Positions 63,638 to 64,000 of a stretch of DNA of 64,000 nucleotides are shown piece after piece. Each line of letters opens with the position of its first letter. Within the stretch, counting starts at the first letter, position 1. The notes beneath the pieces were generated by a model. That model saw only the letters and a program-made list of their open reading frames with translations. It was not told where the DNA came from and ran no database searches. The DNA is from an uncultured Acidobacteriota bacterium. Lineage in GTDB: Bacteria > Acidobacteriota > Terriglobia > Terriglobales > Acidobacteriaceae. Location of the stretch: the NCBI GenBank assembly GCA_963742165.1, contig CAVUKX010000017.1, positions 110,698 through 174,697 of the forward strand, in the 5' to 3' direction. Position numbers and translations under genes: made by a program.

Positions 63638-64000
63638 ATGGAAGAACTGTCTTTGGGAGAAGGCCAAGCCGTCAGCGAAGAGCCGGGCATAAAAATATTA
63701 TTTGTCGATGACGACCGGCTTATCCTGCTGACCATGCCGGCAATTCTTCGAGAGCATGGATACAACGTAACGGCCGTGGAGTCGGTCAGCGAGGCCCTGG
63801 CCCTGATTGCATCGACCCAGTTCGACGTGCTCATCTCAGACCTGAACATCGGCTCCGCCGGCGATGGCTTTACGGTGGTGAGCGCCATGCGCCGGACCCA
63901 GCCGCACTGCGTCACCTTGATCATGACGGGGTATCCGGGCTTCGATTCGGCGCTGGAGGCGATCCGCGCCCAGGTGGATGATTACCTGATCAAACCCACT
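63638..64000 (+). CDS. Response regulator receiver domain, C-terminus beyond window edge
   Basis: Not in ORF track (no stop in the window). ATG 63638 reads MEELSLGEGQAVSEEPGIKILFVDDDRLILLTMPAILREHGYNVTAVESVSEALALIASTQFDVLISDLNIG...LIMTGYPGFDSALEAIRAQVDDYLIKP. Confidence 0.8.
   Translation, partial: MEELSLGEGQAVSEEPGIKILFVDDDRLILLTMPAILREHGYNVTAVESVSEALALIASTQFDVLISDLNIGSAGDGFTVVSAMRRTQPHCVTLIMTGYPGFDSALEAIRAQVDDYLIKPT

Overview
About 64 kb of gene-dense, high-GC bacterial chromosome, mostly minus-strand operons. GC content was judged by eye, not computed. Gene content and the abundant REP-like palindromes (translations read PHICQQRANM, MWATR, GLEWATRR) suggest Acidobacteriota; this is inference only.

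Layout:
- 1-10.7 kb: exopolysaccharide locus. It holds WbpB/D/E-like sugar-modification genes, Wza-like exporter, Wzc-like tyrosine kinase, ExeA-like ATPase and a NusG paralogue, followed by a second DegT aminotransferase and DAHP synthase.
- 10.9-20.3 kb: two tandem DedA paralogues (one fused to rhodanese and frame-broken), LemA/DUF2207, a PilZ plus degenerate-receiver LuxR pair, a CheY-like regulator, pruA.
- 20.4-22.9 kb: rpsP-KH-rimM/trmD-rplS operon, with rimM and trmD in one ORF.
- 23-36 kb: mscL, OmpA lipoprotein, M61 peptidase, FliB-like protein, tmk-holB (holB frame-broken), an Hfq-like gene, tsaC, dcd, IHF/HU, M50 protease, an outer-membrane barrel, yafQ-dinJ.
- 36.5-48.9 kb: priA, family-4 UDG, coaBC, rpoZ, gmk, yicC, msbA-like, rapZ, hpf, rpoN.
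- 49.0-55.8 kb: an AT-richer insertion splits the conserved lptB-rpoN junction.
- 55.7-64 kb: lptB, a giant LptC/LptA-like protein, an AAA ATPase, recJ, a pilin-like gene, a DUF507 pair, a partial response regulator.

Main hunt results:
1. A short GC-rich repeat family occurs in intergenic DNA and, always in the same reading frame, inside three housekeeping genes (udg, priA, msbA-like).
2. The lptB/rpoN island is bounded by a duplicated lptB 3' end and carries its own inverted-repeat family plus a truncated IS110 recombinase.
3. Two 1-nt homopolymer frame breaks, in holB and the rhodanese domain, point to assembly error. This also weakens confidence in the rimM-trmD fusion.

All family assignments come from motif recognition by eye. 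No database search was run.
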